Shown: piece by piece, positions 37,703 to 55,061 of the stretch
Position numbering within the stretch: position 1 is the stretch's first letter
Layout: every line of letters starts with the position of its first letter
Source of the DNA: Yuukianura sp. NJ FZ-2021
Taxonomy: Eukaryota
Reading direction: 5' to 3'
DNA length: 64,000 bases
Assembly: GCA_046563655.1 (NCBI GenBank)
Contig: CM102283.1
Location: 4,340,001-4,404,000 of the forward strand
The notes under the pieces: model-generated
What the model saw: only the letters and a program-made list of their open reading frames with translations
Database searches by the model: none
What the model was told of the DNA's origin: nothing
Position numbers and translations under genes: made by a program

Positions 37703-38680
37703 GGGAATATTCCAACAGTGAGAAATGAACAATTAGTAGTTAAGAACGTGAAGGTCAAGGTTCAAGGATTCAGAACTTCAGAAACCAAAAACAAAAACTG
37801 TAAAATAAAAACCTCCAGAATGAAACCAAATGAAAAGGCTGTATATTCAAAATTAAGGATTACTTTTAATTAGCTGTTAATTACTTACACTTCCAACGTA
37901 ATCCAGAAGTTTCGACAAACACGATAAAGACTCATAAACAGTATGAAGCAACTATCCAGGCAGGAGGAGACATTCACGTTCATTAATATTAAACTAATTC
38001 ATAGTCTAAACTAACACTAATCAAGATTAGTTAAATAATTTTACTATTTAGTTTCAGTTCAGTTAGCCAAGTGTGTTCCGAAAATTCAAATTCTGTAAAA
38101 CTAAAATGACAATAATATTCAAAAGTGTCAAATTTTTGTTTTTGATGATCAGAAATTCTATGAAAAGTGAATGCTAATATACTAGTACTGCTACGAGTAC
38201 GCATTGACGTGTGTCCTCAGCTGGGCACTTATTTTAGCGCCTCTACTGGTATGGTCGGAAGGCGTCTTGTCTCCTTATCAGGATCAAAAACACTTTCAAG
38301 GAGAAAGTCATTTGGCCACTTGAAAGTTGTGCAAATTACGACGGCTTTAACGATTAATTTGGCACTCAAAATAGCGGTTGATCAGAGTAAAACAACTTTC
38401 ACTAGTATAGTCTAATGTTTGTGCACAACAAGAAACACTTTTTTCAACATAACTTCCATTTTCCACACTTAGATTTCAATTAAAATTAATTTTCAAAAGG
38501 AAAATTAAGGAGATAAGGAGATAAAGAAAAAAATGAGGAAAAATGAAATAAGACGAAACTTGGTGAAAAATAATGCAAAAAAAAAGTGAAATTGGAAAGC
38601 TTTTAACCTTTGATTTTGTTGGGGCAAGAGAAAATGTGTGGAGAATTTGTGTTTTGAGAGTGGACGAAACACAATATGAA

Positions 38681-39396
38681 AATAAACGGTTGTAAACCGG
38701 TGTACGTAAGTAGCGAAGATAGCGCCCCCCCGGGGGGGGGAGTGGGGGTGGGTTCCCCCCACTATCCCGCCCTACCCCGGGGGAGAGGGGGTGTGTTCCC
38801 ACGGGTGAGTGGAGATGGGGTTCCCTCTGGGGGAGTTGAGATGGATTCCCCCGGGGGGAGTGGAGATGGGTTCCCCCGGGGGAGTGGAGATAGGTTCCCC
38901 CGGGGGATTGCAGATGGGGTTCCCTGGGGGAGTGGAGATGGGGTTCCCCGGGGGAGTGGAGATGGGGTTCCCCGGGGGAGTGGAGATGGGTTCCCCCCGG
39001 GTTAGTTGAGATGGGTTCACCCGGGGGAGTGAAGATGAGTTGCCCCCTACCAGGGCCTTAAAGTGAAAAAAGTTGACCTTTGACCTGGAAGGAGGTCACT
39101 TGGGGTCAAGTGATGTCCACAAAAGTTGTTGGTCTCGAAGAGACGAACAACTTTTGTATAGGTCATTTTCCATGTTACCGGGGATGAAACCGGTTGACCT
39201 TGACCTTTGACCCGGAAGGAGTTGACCCACCGGGATGATATTCAATAGTGAACATCCGCCCGACCTCCGGTGTTCACTAGTGAAAACAGATCCCGGAAAT
39301 GTTGAGCCGTTTCCGAGATAATTGCCGCCGGCGGCCGGCCAGACAGACAGACAGACAGACAAGGTCGATGCATAAAGTAGCTTCGCTACTTAATAA
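38681..39396 (-). mobile_element. DINE-1/Helentron-associated (HINE-like) non-autonomous element with central 24-bp G-rich minisatellite
   Basis: 5' subTIR plus hairpin AAGTAGCGAAGCTACTT, (GTCT)n microsatellite, central GGGGAGTGGAGATGGGGTTCCCC-type repeats (~38800-39050), 3' subTIR at 38708-38718 and terminal stem-loop CGGTTTACAACCG. Confidence 0.8.
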
Positions 39397-39720
39397 AGTG
39401 GAGTCAACTCCTACAGACTCTCCCTGTTCTCAGCAACTTTCGGTGCTTTTCACACTCAAAAAATTCAAGTTATTCTGACGAAATGATGATGGAAAATCAT
39501 CACAAATGACTTTTTACACAAGAAAATTGTTACAACTGTCGTTTCTGTTTCTTTCCAAGGAAAAACCAGCAATTTCCGCATTAATTGGCCTTTTTAGCTC
39601 TGTTTTCGGATAAATAACATGAAAAATTCATTTTTAACTTTCATAAAAAAAATTACAAAGAAAGTTTGGGAAAAAGAAGCAAAAAAAGTGAAATTGAAAA
39701 GTTAGGTCATGTAACTAACT

Positions 39721-39900
39721 CGGCCATGTAATATATCGTTGGAAAGGGCTCGACTCCCTGAAACAGAAAATGTATATATTGACCTTGTATGACCCCCCAT
39801 TTGACCCCCAGGGGTCAGGTTGAGGTCATCGCAAACAACTAGGCCATGTAATATATCGTTGGAAAGGGCTCGACTCGCTGAAACAGAAAATGTATATACT
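39721..39900. repeat. 120-bp-period direct repeat of a TE-derived motif, related to the inverted repeat at ~54320-54620
   Basis: GGCCATGTAATATATCGTTGGAAAGGGCTCGACTC.CTGAAACAGAAAATGTATATA occurs at 39722 and 39842. Confidence 0.7.
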
Positions 39901-40103
39901 GACGATTTCACACGACGATTTCACAAATCTTCTAGCAAAAAGAGTCAGAGTCGGAGTCGTCACCGACTCCCGACTCCCAAATTTCCAAAGAGTCAGAGCC
40001 GGAGTCGACCACCCGACTCGACTCTTTACTAAAGAGCGGAGGCGGAGTGGAGTCGGGAGTCGTGACTCCTGAGTCGGTACAGAGTCGAGAGTCGTGAAAG
40101 CCT

Positions 40104-41063
40104 AAGTCAAAGTAACTTTTACTTGTACTTTGACTTAGAAAAATGAGGATATCCTCATTTTCGGAAAGACAAAGTGGCAAGTCAAAGTATAAGTTCGAGT
40201 GGAAGTTTGACTGAGAATTGAGCTTTTCAATCAAACTTCGAACTTGCACTTTGTGTGTCCGAAAATTGATAATTACAAGATTTAATTGTCGCTGAACAAG
40301 AATTTGACCTTAAGAACGCTGAAAAACCGAATTAACTAATTACAATTAATGATTAACTTTAATTGGTACATTTCGCACAGAAGATACATAGATTTAGGGT
40401 AATTTTTGGACGCTGCTGGACGCGAAAATGGCTTCTACTGTATAACGTTGAAAAACGTAAACCTGATTAACTAATTACAATTAACAATTAACTTTCATTA
40501 GTACAATCAGCACAGCAGATGATACAGTTAGCGTGATTTTGGGTCGCTGAAAAGGAAAATAACTTGAAGAACATGTACAATTTTTGCTTTATGAAATCTG
40601 CCTAAGTCTAATGTACATGTAAACTTTTTGCTTTATGAAATCTGCCTAAGTCGTAAAATTTTTGCTTTATGAAATCTGCCTGTCGTAAAATTTTTGCTTT
40701 ATGAAATCTGCCTAAGTCTCATGTACATGTAAATTGTTTGCTTTATGAAATCTGTCTAAGTCTCATGTACATGTAAAATTTTTGCTTTATGAAATCTGCC
40801 TAAGTCTCATGTACATGTAAAATTTTTGCTTTATCAAATCTGCCTAAGTCTCATGTACATGTAAAATTTTTGCTTTATCAAATCTGCCTAAGTCTCATGT
40901 ACATGTAAAATTTTTGCTTTATGAAATCTGCCTAAGTGAGTCAAAGGGAGTCAAAGGGAGGAGTCACAGTTTACTTGTGTTGCGAAATAACAACCGAAGT
41001 TGTACTTTGATTTTGACTTTCCTCCGTCACAAAGTCAAAGTACAAGTAAAAGTAACTTTGACT
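40104..41063. mobile_element. TIR element containing a 44-bp minisatellite
   Basis: Terminal inverted AGTCAAAGT(A/T)ACTTTTACTTGTACTTTGACTT. An internal unit TTTTTGCTTTATGAAATCTGCCTAAGTCTCATGTACATGTAAAA is repeated about 9 times (some shortened) at ~40580-40937. Confidence 0.75.
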
Positions 41064-41574
41064 GAAATAACAACTTATCCAATTTTTTTTAACTTTTGTT
41101 GTTGATTGCACCATTTTGTTCCGAATTGGATAAACATTTACATACTGAAGAGATTTGTTTTCTTTCAGTAAATTTTTGTTTAAAATAATTGCAGGAAACG
41201 AATGTTACTTCGAAAAATTCTGGAAAATCCAATTTCTTTGGTTCGGAAGAGTACGAAATATTACGCTTTTCAAAAAACAGTAAATCAACATGATAGGGCT
41301 GATTTAACGTCTGATTTAACATTTATTTTTCCAGTCTAAACATAGTACATGGTCACCCCAATTCTGTAATTGCTTTTAGACTTAAGTTGTGTCAAAACGA
41401 CGTCAACAGCTATATACACTCTACAAAATTTAGTTGATTAATTAAGTTGAAGCACAAACAATTTTGGGTAGTGACCTATGACCTTATCGCTACAAAACAG
41501 GTATCACAAAATTTGGCGAACATCTTGAGAAAACTGGTTTCAATTTTTACTATTGCATGTTTTTCAACAAAACA

Positions 41575-45009
<3,435 letters not shown>

Positions 45010-46067
45010 TTACCACAAAAGTTTTGCATGTTGTAATACTGGAAATTGTATCTCCTGTACTAACTAATTTGATTTCGCAGTCAGTTATCCCACTCGTAGA
45101 TAGAAGTCAAGCAATACCAGATGACGTGTCTGATTCCTTCCTTTTCAGTTATCCTGTCTTAAGTCGTCTCCACACTAACCAATTATCTAGTAGCAATGTT
45201 TGTGCCAGCTTTATTGTCCGATTCTGGTGCCATCGACATTGGAAACCCGTTCCCATTACCAATTTTAGCTACTGGCAATTTTCTTGTAAATTGAAGGGCG
45301 GGAATTTACTGTTTTCAAAGTTTTGTTTGTTTACGTTTTGATTCTGACACAAGTTGTGTCACACAACTCACTTTTCATTCCGACAGCTGTTCATGAATAA
45401 CTTAAGTTAATGGATTAATTAAGTTAATTAATTCATTACGTTAATTAATTACGTTAGTTATTAATTAATTAATTAAGTAATTATTGAGTAATTCATGAAC
45501 ACTATTGTAGTTAAATACGTTTCAAGTGAGAGTTTGAGTTTACTATGAGACTTTTCACTATCAGTGGAAGCCACTCCCCCTCTCAATGAACCCTCCAATT
45601 CCGGGCCGGCAATAATTCTGCTGCACTGTTTTGGATTTGATTTTCGAATCTAGAAAAGTGCAGCAGCAATATCGGCGCAAGGCTTGCACCGATATTGGTG
45701 GCATGAGAATTTGTATCCCACACCACCAATTTTTCTGCCGATTTTGATGTGCACCGATATTGCTGCCAAGAAGATTGGTAGTGTGGAGATGCCTTTTTAT
45801 ATCTACAAAGCCTGTCCGTCCCAACTCTAATTTTTAACCGGGCCCTCTCGGATGGAGTTGATTTTGCAAAAAGGTGCAAAAAAAACAAAAAATCACCCTT
45901 GGTTTCGAAATTTTCAAAAAATGTTAAGCACTGCGCACACTCACGTTTTAACCACCACTAAAGCAATTGAGAAGTCAAGATTTAAGGCTCTGTTAGCTCG
46001 GCAACGAAAAGGTCTGATAACTACTTAAAATTGACCATTTTCTAAAATCAGTTAAAAATCGTAGGAT

Positions 46068-46310
46068 CAACGTAGAACGTTAAGCAAGGTATCAAAATTT
46101 GCGGAAGAGCGTGGCGGGGTATTCAACGGAACGGAATCGAAATATCTTAACCCGTTTAAAAGTTATAACCGATTTAACAAAAGTAATCGCGAATAATCGT
46201 TGTTTTTTAGGTTTCAACGTGAGAATTTCTAATTTTTTTTTCCGTTGAAAACCCCGCAATCGCATTTCACAAATTTTGATACCATTAATCGTCTTTCTAT
46301 GTTCATCCTA
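46068..46310. mobile_element. imperfect inverted repeat, probable MITE interior
   Basis: GGTATCAAAATTTG...GCGGGGT.TTCAACGGAA is mirrored by TTCCGTTGAAAACCCCGC...CAAATTTTGATACC. Confidence 0.55.
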
Positions 46311-46747
46311 GCGTGCTCTGGCACTCATTTTACAAACTGACCAAAAATTCTCGAAGTTTGACTGCGAATCCACACAAATCACCAAGACATCGGCAATTGT
46401 TTATATGTTTGAACGAAAGATACAACAAATCCCCACGGGTGGATTTGAGTGAAAACGAACAAATATGCCGACTTCTAGTGTCAAACAAAAATCAATTTTG
46501 TAGTTGTTAACGGAAACGATTGGTGTAAATTAGTCAACAATAAGTCGTCCTTAAGAATACGAATATTGATGTTTCAAAAGTTAATTAAAAATTTTGTTTG
46601 AGTTAATTTGACACTTTGTTTTATTTGAGACTTTAAGTTGAAGCACAAACAATTATATCTTATTGCTACAAAACAGGTATCACACAATTTGGCGAACATT
46701 TGGACAAAAACTGTTTTCATTCCTATGTAGCACCAACTCTAAACATC

Positions 46748-47372
46748 TATAGTTTGATTTTTTATTTCTGAACCTTTGTTTATCCGATTTTAAAATTCAA
46801 AAATCAGTTGCATGAGAAACCAATCGGAAATTTCTTGCCGAAAGTTTTCAAGTAACTAATTTATTAACTAAAATGAACAATGAAAACGAATTCACTGGAG
46901 TTGTGTATCAACGTATTTTTTTCCTGTAAACTATGACGCTTCAGTTACTCCATACTCTCAGAGGTTGCCTAAATTTATTTATACGTGATATTACTTTGGG
47001 TTGACCTGTGACCTGAAACAATGGTTGCTGAGTCACATGCAATTTACAAAAAATATACTCCGCTCATGTAATGGAACTACTTTCAAATGCGTAATTTTTG
47101 AAGTTGGCTGGAATACTCCCTTTTTCCTTAAGGTCGTTGGAGAAATAAAAATGAAAAAGCAAACTTTTGGCTTTAAAACTTAGGATTCACTTCAGAGATC
47201 CGAGGAAAAAATGAGTCTTTATCCCTTTTATAACAAAAAAAGAACTTACAGTATCATATTTAGTAAGCAGTCCGATTGGTACCGAACATAAGCGCTCGGT
47301 TATCGAAATTGCTATTAGCAACGACATTAATTTGCGATAAACAAAGGTTCAGAAATAAAAAATCAAACTATA
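46748..47372. mobile_element. TIR element with 37-bp perfect inverted ends
   Basis: TATAGTTTGATTTTTTATTTCTGAACCTTTGTTTATC and its reverse complement ending at 47372. Confidence 0.7.
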
Positions 47373-47847
47373 ACATTTTTGGTAATATGCAAGTTTAAAA
47401 TTTTCGTTTTTAGGGCAGGAGCTACGAGCTACATCTTTTGCTGCATTTAAAAAAAAACAAGAGTGCCGATTTTAAGATACTGTAGAGAATTGATATTTTT
47501 TTTACACATTTTCTACATTGATGACTTTTGAATGAACGTTTAACTATGATTCGCGCTCTACTCTGCCCTACTTTTAATTGTTAAAGTTAAAGGTTAGTTT
47601 AACATATTTAACTACGTTAACAAAAAGTTAAAGTTTAACTAAAAGAAGCTTAATTGAAGTTTAACTGATAATCTACTTGGAATCTTAAAATATTATTAGT
47701 AACCCCTCCTGCCATTTTCGTCTTTTTCAATTTCCCCCTTCAGTCTGAGATTGTCGGAACGCTGAACACTTTAAACAGTTTTCTCTTCTTCAAAATTTTG
47801 AAGAAAAAATCAGTTTTCTCTTCATAGTTTTGAAAAAAAAAGTTCTA

Positions 47848-50800
47848 TTAGGATGTGAGCTCGTTTTCCGACAACTCAGAAGGCAGATCCGAATTCGCTC
47901 CGATTCCGGACGACGCTTGATCAGTTTCTAAAATCGCTTCTGCGCTGGTCTCTTGTCTCGGAATTTCTGACTCAGGCAGTGGACTAATCGTGCCCGACTC
48001 GGTTTCACTCGGAACAGCCGTAGCGATTTCGGAATGAACTTCTTGCACCAGAGTGGCCAGATCGTCGTCTCGTTCGGCAGAGTTCGGTACTTCTTGTACT
48101 GAGCTAACGGGAGACTCCGTGGGAACTTGTTGCTGGTTGGTTATGTTAGACTGTTCTCTGCTGGCGTTGGCTTCGATCACGACGCCTTCGGCACTTGACT
48201 CTTGAGAGGCGCTCTGCCCATGTGGCGTCAACTGTTCGCTGTCGACGTCCTCGGTGGCATTTTCTGTCATTTCGTTAACCAGAGTGTCGTTGATGTAGCT
48301 CATGGGCAACTGCGTCGTCATTTCTTCGCGTTCTCTTTCTTCGACCGGCAGAGTTTCAATTTCGCGCCGCGGGATAATGAGCTGTTCGAATCGGTGCGGC
48401 TCCTGCTCTGGCCTATTCTGCTCTCCACTTTGTATCATTTCGTGGCTCATTTCTTCCTGTGACATGGACGTTCCAATTTCGTCACTCGAAAGGGATGATC
48501 CCAATGTGGTGGATTCGTTGTTGGATTGTGCCATCTCCATGTCACTGTAGACCATGAATTCGTCAGAGTTACTCACAGAGGGACGAGATGCAGAAGTGGC
48601 TCGCGTGTTGGATCCGTCTCAGCTGTTTCGGAAGAGTCGAACGCCCGGTACGACTTGCGTCCGGTACTGTTTTGGGCGGCGTCGTCATCATGAACGTCAC
48701 CTATCGTTGGAAGGGTGGTCACTTCTGATTCAATTTCAGGCTGAGTTTCGGCAGAAATCTGTCGACCTTGTGGTACCGGTTCTACAGATACTTGCTGATC
48801 CTCTTGTACCGTTTCGATAGATGTCTGTCGATCCTGTGGTACCGTTTCGGCAGAAGTTTGTCGTTCCTCTGGTACCGTTACGTGTACCGATTCGGAAGTT
48901 GTGTTTGTGACGGTTGGATTATCATGAGCTAGCGGTTCTCCTAGATCCAACGTGAGTGGAGTTGTGACCAAGTCAGCCGAATCGCTGGCGAACGTGATCG
49001 TAATGACTTCGGGTTCCGTTTGGACGACTACTGCAGCCACATTTTCGTCCGGTTCGGAATGAGTCGGAGGTGGTTCCAGTGTCGTTGACGTGTGTTCGGT
49101 TACGGTTGGAGGTTCAACTGGATGAGGCTCACTAGTTTCGTTATGTACGACGACTGCAGTTGTGGGTTCAGCTGGAGCCGGTTCAGAAGTGGATTCTGAG
49201 TGGATTTCTGGATGTGCCGTAGTTGACGTTGTGACTTCTTCAGGCGAATGTGACGAAACTATTTACAACGTCTGGCGTCGGTGTCGAATCCTGTAGCTGT
49301 GATTCCTCGCTTGATGACTGGTTGGATTCTTCCTGTGGTGTCACTAGAGGCAATTCTGTTGTTGTTGTTGTGGAAGCTTCTGTAGTAGTTGTGCTGACAG
49401 TCGTCACTTCTTGTGGGGCAGACGTGACTGAAACGGGAATTGGAGCAGCAGTGGTAGTGGTGGAAGTGGCAACTTCGGATGGTGGTTCTGAAGAAGACGC
49501 AGAGGAAGATTCAATATCTTCTGGCACATGCACCGGGGGTTCGACGCACGTCTTTTTGTCAGAGTCCAGCAGTTTATCTTCTGGACAAGTACACATGAAC
49601 TCCAGCGATGATTCGTCAAAGGCACAATTGTGTGAACACCCTCCATTTGACAGTTTGCAGGAATTGTACAGGGCTGTAACAAAAAAATTCACAAATTCAA
49701 AAAATCTTCAAAAAAATCCTGCAAAGTTTTTCTTTGATTATGATTACGGTAGAGCACAGTGCCGCGTCCGAGCGTGAAACTGCCCACTTCCGTTAAACTA
49801 CTGACCAAGGTCTGAATGGTACGGAAAGTAGGAGCTTCTTCCCCAACGCCAATTCGACTCCATCCAATTCGCAATTTAGCAATTATGCTCCCACTTCTGC
49901 AAAAAATGGATTCAAAGTTGAATTGATAGTAAGAATAAAATGCGAATTTTTTTCATCTACTATTGAAAAATTGGTAGAATTCGATTAACTTCTTTTTTTG
50001 AAATTCTTTACCTGAATTCGGTAACATGAGCTGAAGCGACATCAATGTTTTCTTCAGCCTCCAGCTTCTGCTTCACTTCACTTTCCACTTCTGCCGCCAG
50101 CGATTTGAACTTTGAGCTCGTGGCATCGTCCAAATCATCTTCAAATTCTGCATCTTTGAACCTCAGCTCAACGTCAGCGGCATTCGGAACTACAAAAAAT
50201 GCACAGCTAAGCGTCAAAACTTAATTTTTATGCTGAGGTATCGAGGTACCGGTGACCTTTGACCTCAATTATTTACCGACTGCTGAAATTCTCAAAAGTT
50301 CGGTTCCAAAAAACGATAAGCCTTTAACAGTTAGGTTGAACAGATTTCGTTTTTACCGTAATCTGTAGAGGGTTCAGTGGATCTTTCAGTGACTTCTGGT
50401 GTGACGGGCGGTGGATACGAGGATGACCCGAGGTCAGTTTCAGTGGAACTGAATGTGCTAAGGTCATCTGGATTTCCAGTGGACGTCGTCATTACTCGCT
50501 GACTCAAAGTAGCATCAGCACTCTTTTCAGGAATCAGACCAACTGTAATTTGAGATTTCATTAACACTATCCTTTGGACCAAAACAGATGCCTTTAGTCA
50601 CTCTTCATAATCATAACACTTCAAAACTTTAAAGCTTTGTAGTATTAAATACAACAAACTACAAATCCAAAACCGTTTACGTAACAAACTACGTTAGTAG
50701 AAAACTGACCTGCTGCTAGCACAGCCACTGTAATGAGCGCTGCAACTAAAAGCCCGCCAAGACCCCAGCACAAATACTTTTGCAATTCCGGGAATTCCGT

Positions 50801-51338
50801 CGCTTGTCTTTAGTCACTGACAGCTTCTCTCCACGCCAGTTCCAAAGTAAACAATTTGCGCCAAAACTTCAAAATTTTGAAATTGAATGAATTAAAAACA
50901 AAATTTTTTGAATGAATTTCAAAATCTTACGCAAAGAACTTCTTGAGTTGGTTGACGGAAATGAAGTACTCTGGAAACTTTTCATATGGACCAAATTCTG
51001 ACTGGGGTTTGTGTGGAATCGTGTCCAGGACATTGACCCCGTGAACCAACTCTGTGTTCACTGCCTCGGTGACCTTCGGAGAGCACTCGGTGCCTCCACC
51101 GGTTTCTGCGTAGTGGTCCATTGGAATCTCAGTTTGATTCTTCATTGACTTCTTGTTCCCGTTTAATTCGTTGAGTGACGATGGTCCATCGCTGAAGCTT
51201 TTGTTGTCTATGCCACGTACTCGTGACGCTCCAGCTTCAGCGTCAAAGTGCTCTTTTGCGTTTGCGTAGGGCGATGGGGGTGGGGGAGGAGAATCCTGGA
51301 TGGGAATCGTCACGTCGCTTCCGCTCGAGATACTCATA
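47848..51338 (-). CDS. type II membrane mucin-like protein with SEA and EGF-like domains; frameshifted as assembled
   Basis: TM YLCWGLGGLLVAALITVAVLAA (~50710-50780), SEA domain (SSKFKSLAAEVESEV...HVTEFR|SGSIIAKL), EGF CKLSNGGCSHNC...CTCPEDKLLDSDKKTC and a long S/T/E/P tract. The frame changes near 49257 and 48597. Confidence 0.75.
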
Positions 51339-52697
51339 TCTAAACAAAAACCAAACAAAAATGTTGTCAATTTTTCCAAAAACATGTCCAAAAAGTTCTT
51401 TTTTCCTGCAGTTTTACTTTTACTTTTCAATTCTCAAAACAAAATTTTTAGGCTGAAACTCGACTCCTTTTTGAAAATTATCTGCTGAGGCTGAAGACAT
51501 AGACAGTTTGGCAAAAGGCTAAAGAATTAGTTGTTTCGTGGAAATTTCAACGGAGCGGTTGAATAACCACCGAAAACATTTTTTGCAACATTTTTTTTTG
51601 TACAACAGCAAAAAAAAAAGCCGTAACAGTTTTTACCAAGAGAGGAATTGGAATTTGAATGTTTGAATCTGGAAGATGATTCAGAAAAAGGCATCAAACC
51701 AAGACGACTTTTCCATCTGCTGGTGCAGACTTTTTCACTTGCCGACAAAAATTTCAAATAAGACTAAAAGTAATATTTTCAATTTTTTTTTGAGCGAACA
51801 AATAGAATTATTTAATGTACAAAATGCAAATAGAATCGACGCCCAATCATCACCAATTTAACTAGCCATTTAAAATTTCACTTTCAAACATCCATTTTGT
51901 CAAAGATATATTCATCATTCTTCTAAAGTATTTACAATAATCGTAACTTCAGCTCAGCAAAGTGTACTTCAATAATTTTAAAATTTTAAGTTAATTTTAA
52001 ACTTAATATCAATTTTTAAACCAGAATAGCCAACTGAGGTGTAATAACCTGTTCATGCAGGAAACTTTCAGAATAAAAAATTGAATTGAATTGAAATTGA
52101 ACCAAAAAAATAAAACGAAACCACTTTTCCAAAAAGCCTTTTACGAACGTTCACACAAAAAATTAATATTTTGGGCCATAAAAATCTTCCTTCGAATGCA
52201 AAATACTGCCATGCTCATCGTATATCTTCCGAAAACTCTCATTTTTACGGCACAAAAATTCTTCAAGTTTTGCCAAATTTAATTCCTCTCCCGCCCCGGT
52301 CTGTCTGTATGCTCAAAATTGCAAATTTAATTTCAAAATTGCTAGTTTGCTTTAAACATTGCAACTTCTATTTTCAAAAGTGTTGTCCTTTCGAAATTGC
52401 AACTTTTATTTTCAAAAGTGTTGTCTTTTCGAAATTGCCAGTTGCCAAAATCTCGAAAATACAATTTGCGCTAACATAAACAAAACCTAAAGGTTTTGTA
52501 AACTTTAAATGAAAAAAGTATTGTTAAACGTAGGTTTTGTTAGAGATTTGGCCTGTTTTGTTGCATGAGTAAAGTCGGAGATCATGCGATGTGTTTGTCC
52601 TTGGACATTTCTATTGTTACTTTTGTTATTCAAAGGAAGGAAATGTGGAGCCAAGAAACCTAAAGTTTGACCTGCACAACCAATTTACTTTTTCAAT

Positions 52698-53333
52698 TAT
52701 TAAGTAACGTAAGTTACTTTATGCATCGACCTTGTCGGTCTGTCTGTCTGTCTGTCTGTCTGGCCGGCCGCCGGCGGCAATTATCTCGGAAACGGCTCAA
52801 CATTTCCGGGATCTGTTTTCACTATTGAACACCGGAGGTCGGGCGGATGTTCACTATTGAATATCATCCCGGTGGGTCAACTCCTTCCGGGTCAAAGGTC
52901 AAGGTCAACCGGTTTCATCCCCGGCAACATAGAAAATGACCTTTACAAAAGTTGTTCGTCTCATCGAGACCAACAACTTTTATGTACATCACATGAACCC
53001 TAGTGACCTCCTTCCGGGTCAAAGGTCAACTTTGTTTTTGTTTTAACGTCCTGGTGAGGGGACGTGGAGGGAACCCACACTACTCCCCCGCGAAAGCCAC
53101 CACCAATCCCCGGGGGAACCCACCACCACTCTCCCGGGGAACCCGCCATCACTTCCCCGGGCAACCCATCCCCACTGTCCCAAGGGTGGAGATGGTAAGG
53201 GAACACACCCCACTCGGTTTAATCTCCGTGACCTCCCTCCAGGTGAAAGGCGGGTCAACCGTTAACCTGGACAGACCAAGTCGAAGACCACAAGCTTACG
53301 TTACTTATTTATACCGGTTTACAACCGTTTATT
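52698..53333 (+). mobile_element. DINE-1/Helentron-associated (HINE-like) element, second copy
   Basis: Core is near-identical to the reverse complement of 39060-39396. SubTIRs AAGTAACGTAAG (52702) and CTTACGTTACTT (53295), and 3' stem-loop CGGTTTACAACCG. Confidence 0.8.
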
Positions 53334-54319
53334 GGAAGAGGCGGATACTCTTGGGAGGGAGATTAGCAAGATTAATTGAAGACAGAAGGACATGCGCACT
53401 GCGCACAAATCGACACTGACACGCCTCAACCTCAATCGCTCATTTAGTCCAATTGTTTTATCCCAAACAAGAATTATGATTATGAAAGTGTAACATAAAT
53501 CAGAATAATTTTTAATATTTTGAAATACATAATTTTTGAAAATTTTGAAACCAAAGCTTAATTGGCGGGTGGGTCATGCTGAGAACTTGAATTTGAATAG
53601 CTTGGAGGCGGATTTCATGTTGGACGGAAGTTGCGCTGGGTGAGTGTGGGAGAAAAGTGTTGTCGGATCGCCCGGGAAATTTCAAAATTTCGTCCTGTGT
53701 GATGAAAAAGTGCTTGCATGAGTTTCCCTTTCCGCTCATATCTTGATGGCCGATGTCTTTATATTTCTTCAAGTCATTGAGCAACAAACAACAAAAACAT
53801 GGAAGAGGCACCTCCAATTTTAAAAATATAATTGTGCTTATGATTCTCAAAAGAGTTTGAAATTAGTATAATTTGAGTGTTGGAGTTATGATTTTCCGGT
53901 TTCCAAAATTTCAAATGTTTGAAAATTTTATTAGCTTGGTTTTACCGTTGCGTTAAGGTAAATAGACGCAAGAGGAAGCGGGAAAATGGACATGTTTCGT
54001 CCTGTGCACGGTGGGCCATAATTGACTTTTTCTTGGCCAAAACCGGAAGTCATAATTCGCACCCATTTTTTCATGAAAAGTTAGCATTATCATGGGCAAC
54101 AACATAGCAAAGTTTTGGGTTATTTGGTCAACCCTAAAAAAAGTTGTGCCGACGGAAAGTGGGCACTTGTACATTGTAGTATACGGGACTATATTTGGGA
54201 AGCCATCCCCGTCCATCCCTTTGTCCCATGCCGAAGATCTTTTTGATTTCTTATTCTACAGGACGAGGAGTGTCTTTCCTGTTGCCACCAGCTGCCCCCG
54301 CTGTACAGGTCAGGGGATA

Positions 54320-54620
54320 CATGGGGTCAAAGGTCACCATATGATCACATGATGACCCCAGGCAAGTGATATGCCGTTGGAACGGGCTTGAACTCCTGAT
54401 GCAGAAAATGTATATATGTTGATAGGTCTGACCAACTGTTTGACCTACAGGGGTCATAACATGAATGACCTCAACACTTGCTGGGGTCTAGAGGTCAAAC
54501 AGTAGGTCAGAAATATCAACATGTATACATTTTCTGAATCAGGAGGTCAAGCCCGTTCCAACGGCATATCACTTGCATGGGGTCATCATGTCATCATATT
54601 GTGACCTTTGACCCCGGGGT
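54320..54620. repeat. inverted repeat, TE-derived
   Basis: GGGGTCAAAGGTCAC...GCAAGTGATATGCCGTTGGAACGGGCTTGA is mirrored by TCAAGCCCGTTCCAACGGCATATCACTTGC...GTGACCTTTGACCCC. Confidence 0.75.
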
Positions 54621-54965
54621 CAACAAGCGGTTGACCCAGGCTAATGAAATTTACCACGTTTAAATTTCATACAAACAAGTAACTTCTGACTTAATATGGG
54701 TCAGAAATAAGAAACCGGGTTTTGGCCAGACTTTTGGAGCAAATGGCCCACTGTGCTGTGTCAAAAAGGAAACGGAAATTAATTGCATCTCTTGTGTTAC
54801 GACAAGCCAAAACATCCCACATTTTCCGCATAACGGACCCAATTTAACACCAAAAGTTCAAAGAGCAAAATCCAAAAACTGTTGAAATTTTTTAAATGAA
54901 TTTCCAAAAATTCGAAAACTAAGCAATGTTTGTAAATTGCAAGCCAAACTTATCATTGACAAACA

Positions 54966-55061
54966 GAAAAATGTTGCTGATGAAAAATGTTGGTGAGGAA
55001 AAATGTTGCTGACGAAAAATGTTGGTGAAGAAAAATATTGCTGACGAAAAATGTTGGTGAA
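54966..55061. repeat. 16-bp minisatellite, 6 copies
   Basis: GAAAAATGTTG(C/G)TGAN units. Confidence 0.8.

Noticed and set aside
38676-39020. Gly/Pro-rich ORFs (GSGDGVPR, PGGVEMG repeats) as structural proteins
   Set aside because: They are translations of the 24-bp central minisatellite of the HINE-like element and are open in several frames.
40580-40937. 44-bp repeat array as a CRISPR array
   Set aside because: The units are contiguous with no unique spacers, the context is eukaryotic and there are no cas genes. It is a minisatellite within a TIR element.
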